In this document: piece after piece, positions 63,675 to 64,000 of the stretch | How positions within the stretch are numbered: position 1 is the first letter of the stretch | How the letters are laid out: the number at the start of each line of letters is the position of its first letter | Assembly: GCA_963768035.1 (NCBI GenBank) | Contig: CAVYGJ010000002.1 | Span: forward strand, 305,453-369,452 | Reading direction: 5' to 3' | DNA: 64,000 nucleotides | DNA from: an uncultured Chloroflexia bacterium | GTDB lineage: Bacteria > Chloroflexota > Limnocylindria > Limnocylindrales > CSP1-4 | The notes under the pieces: generated by a model | Database searches by the model: none | Told to the model about the DNA's origin: nothing | What the model saw: only the letters and a program-made list of their open reading frames with translations | Made by a program: the position numbers and the translations under genes

Positions 63675-63914
63675 GTGATAGACCGCGCCGACGTGTCGAA
63701 AGCGACCCCGGCCGATACGGGTGTCCGCGGAGCGGAGCGAGTGCGCGCGGCCTTCGGCCTTTGGGCTGACGCACCATCCGAGCCGACGTGGGACCACTTC
63801 GTTGGAGTGCTGCAGGAGGTTGTCGGCGAAGGGGACGCCGCATGGATGCTGGCCGATCTCGAGCCTTACCTCGGTAGGAATGTGGAGTCGGACCGCGGAG
63901 CGCCTCCCGCCTAG
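63675..63914 (+). CDS. hypothetical protein (weak call, possibly a gene fragment)
   Basis: 79-aa ORF. G-rich first codon positions and GC-rich third positions favour the forward frame over its exact antisense ORF (63603-63920). No motif recognised. Confidence 0.25.
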   Translation: MIDRADVSKATPADTGVRGAERVRAAFGLWADAPSEPTWDHFVGVLQEVVGEGDAAWMLADLEPYLGRNVESDRGAPPA

Positions 63915-64000
63915 CCTCAAGTGACATTCCCGCTCGCTGGCGGATGAGAGCGCACGGCGTGAGGGAGGCGTCGCTCGAGCTGCGAACGGACCATCACGAG

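Noticed and set aside
63603-63920. 105-aa reverse ORF at the window end.
   Set aside because: It is in the exact antisense register of the forward ORF 63675-63914, whose G-rich first and GC-rich third codon positions look more coding-like. Neither has a recognisable motif, so only the forward ORF is listed, at low confidence.

Overview
Very GC-rich bacterial chromosomal segment (roughly 70% or more by eye, not computed). I call about 60 protein-coding genes. I found no rRNA, tRNA, CRISPR array, transposase or integrase. The housekeeping backbone has a Firmicutes-like gene order: lepA-hemW, then hrcA-grpE-dnaK behind a perfect CIRCE operator, dnaJ-prmA-mtaB, rpsU-yqeY-pgpH-ybeY, and pth-mfd. 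This suggests a deep-branching high-GC Gram-positive lineage, but that is inference only. About 22 kb of accessory genes sit between dnaK and dnaJ: an XRE-HTH/nuclease-like protein, a K+ uptake pair (KimA-like plus TrkH/TrkA), a TetR-led, translationally coupled classical menaquinone operon (menF-D-H-B-A-C-E-G), an MFS / NodI-like ABC / MFS export module, and a family-5 uracil-DNA glycosylase. Other blocks are a two-component signalling region at 7-13.5 kb, and a reverse-strand PhoD-like / membrane protein / lipid kinase / PAP2 operon at 48.4-53.5 kb. The most interesting observations are these. (1) MenE is fused in frame to a complete alpha/beta-hydrolase, a candidate for the missing DHNA-CoA thioesterase. 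(2) Two paralogous HisKA_3 kinases have complementary degenerate motifs. (3) Several non-coding repeat or hairpin arrays are present (13.5 kb, 44.0 kb, 56.9 kb). (4) Many genes show a leaderless-type promoter signature. (5) There are about 25-30 single-base frame breaks inside conserved genes, including essential ones, and they are unevenly distributed. Coordinates of frame-broken genes span all fragments. Frame-break positions are read by eye and are approximate.
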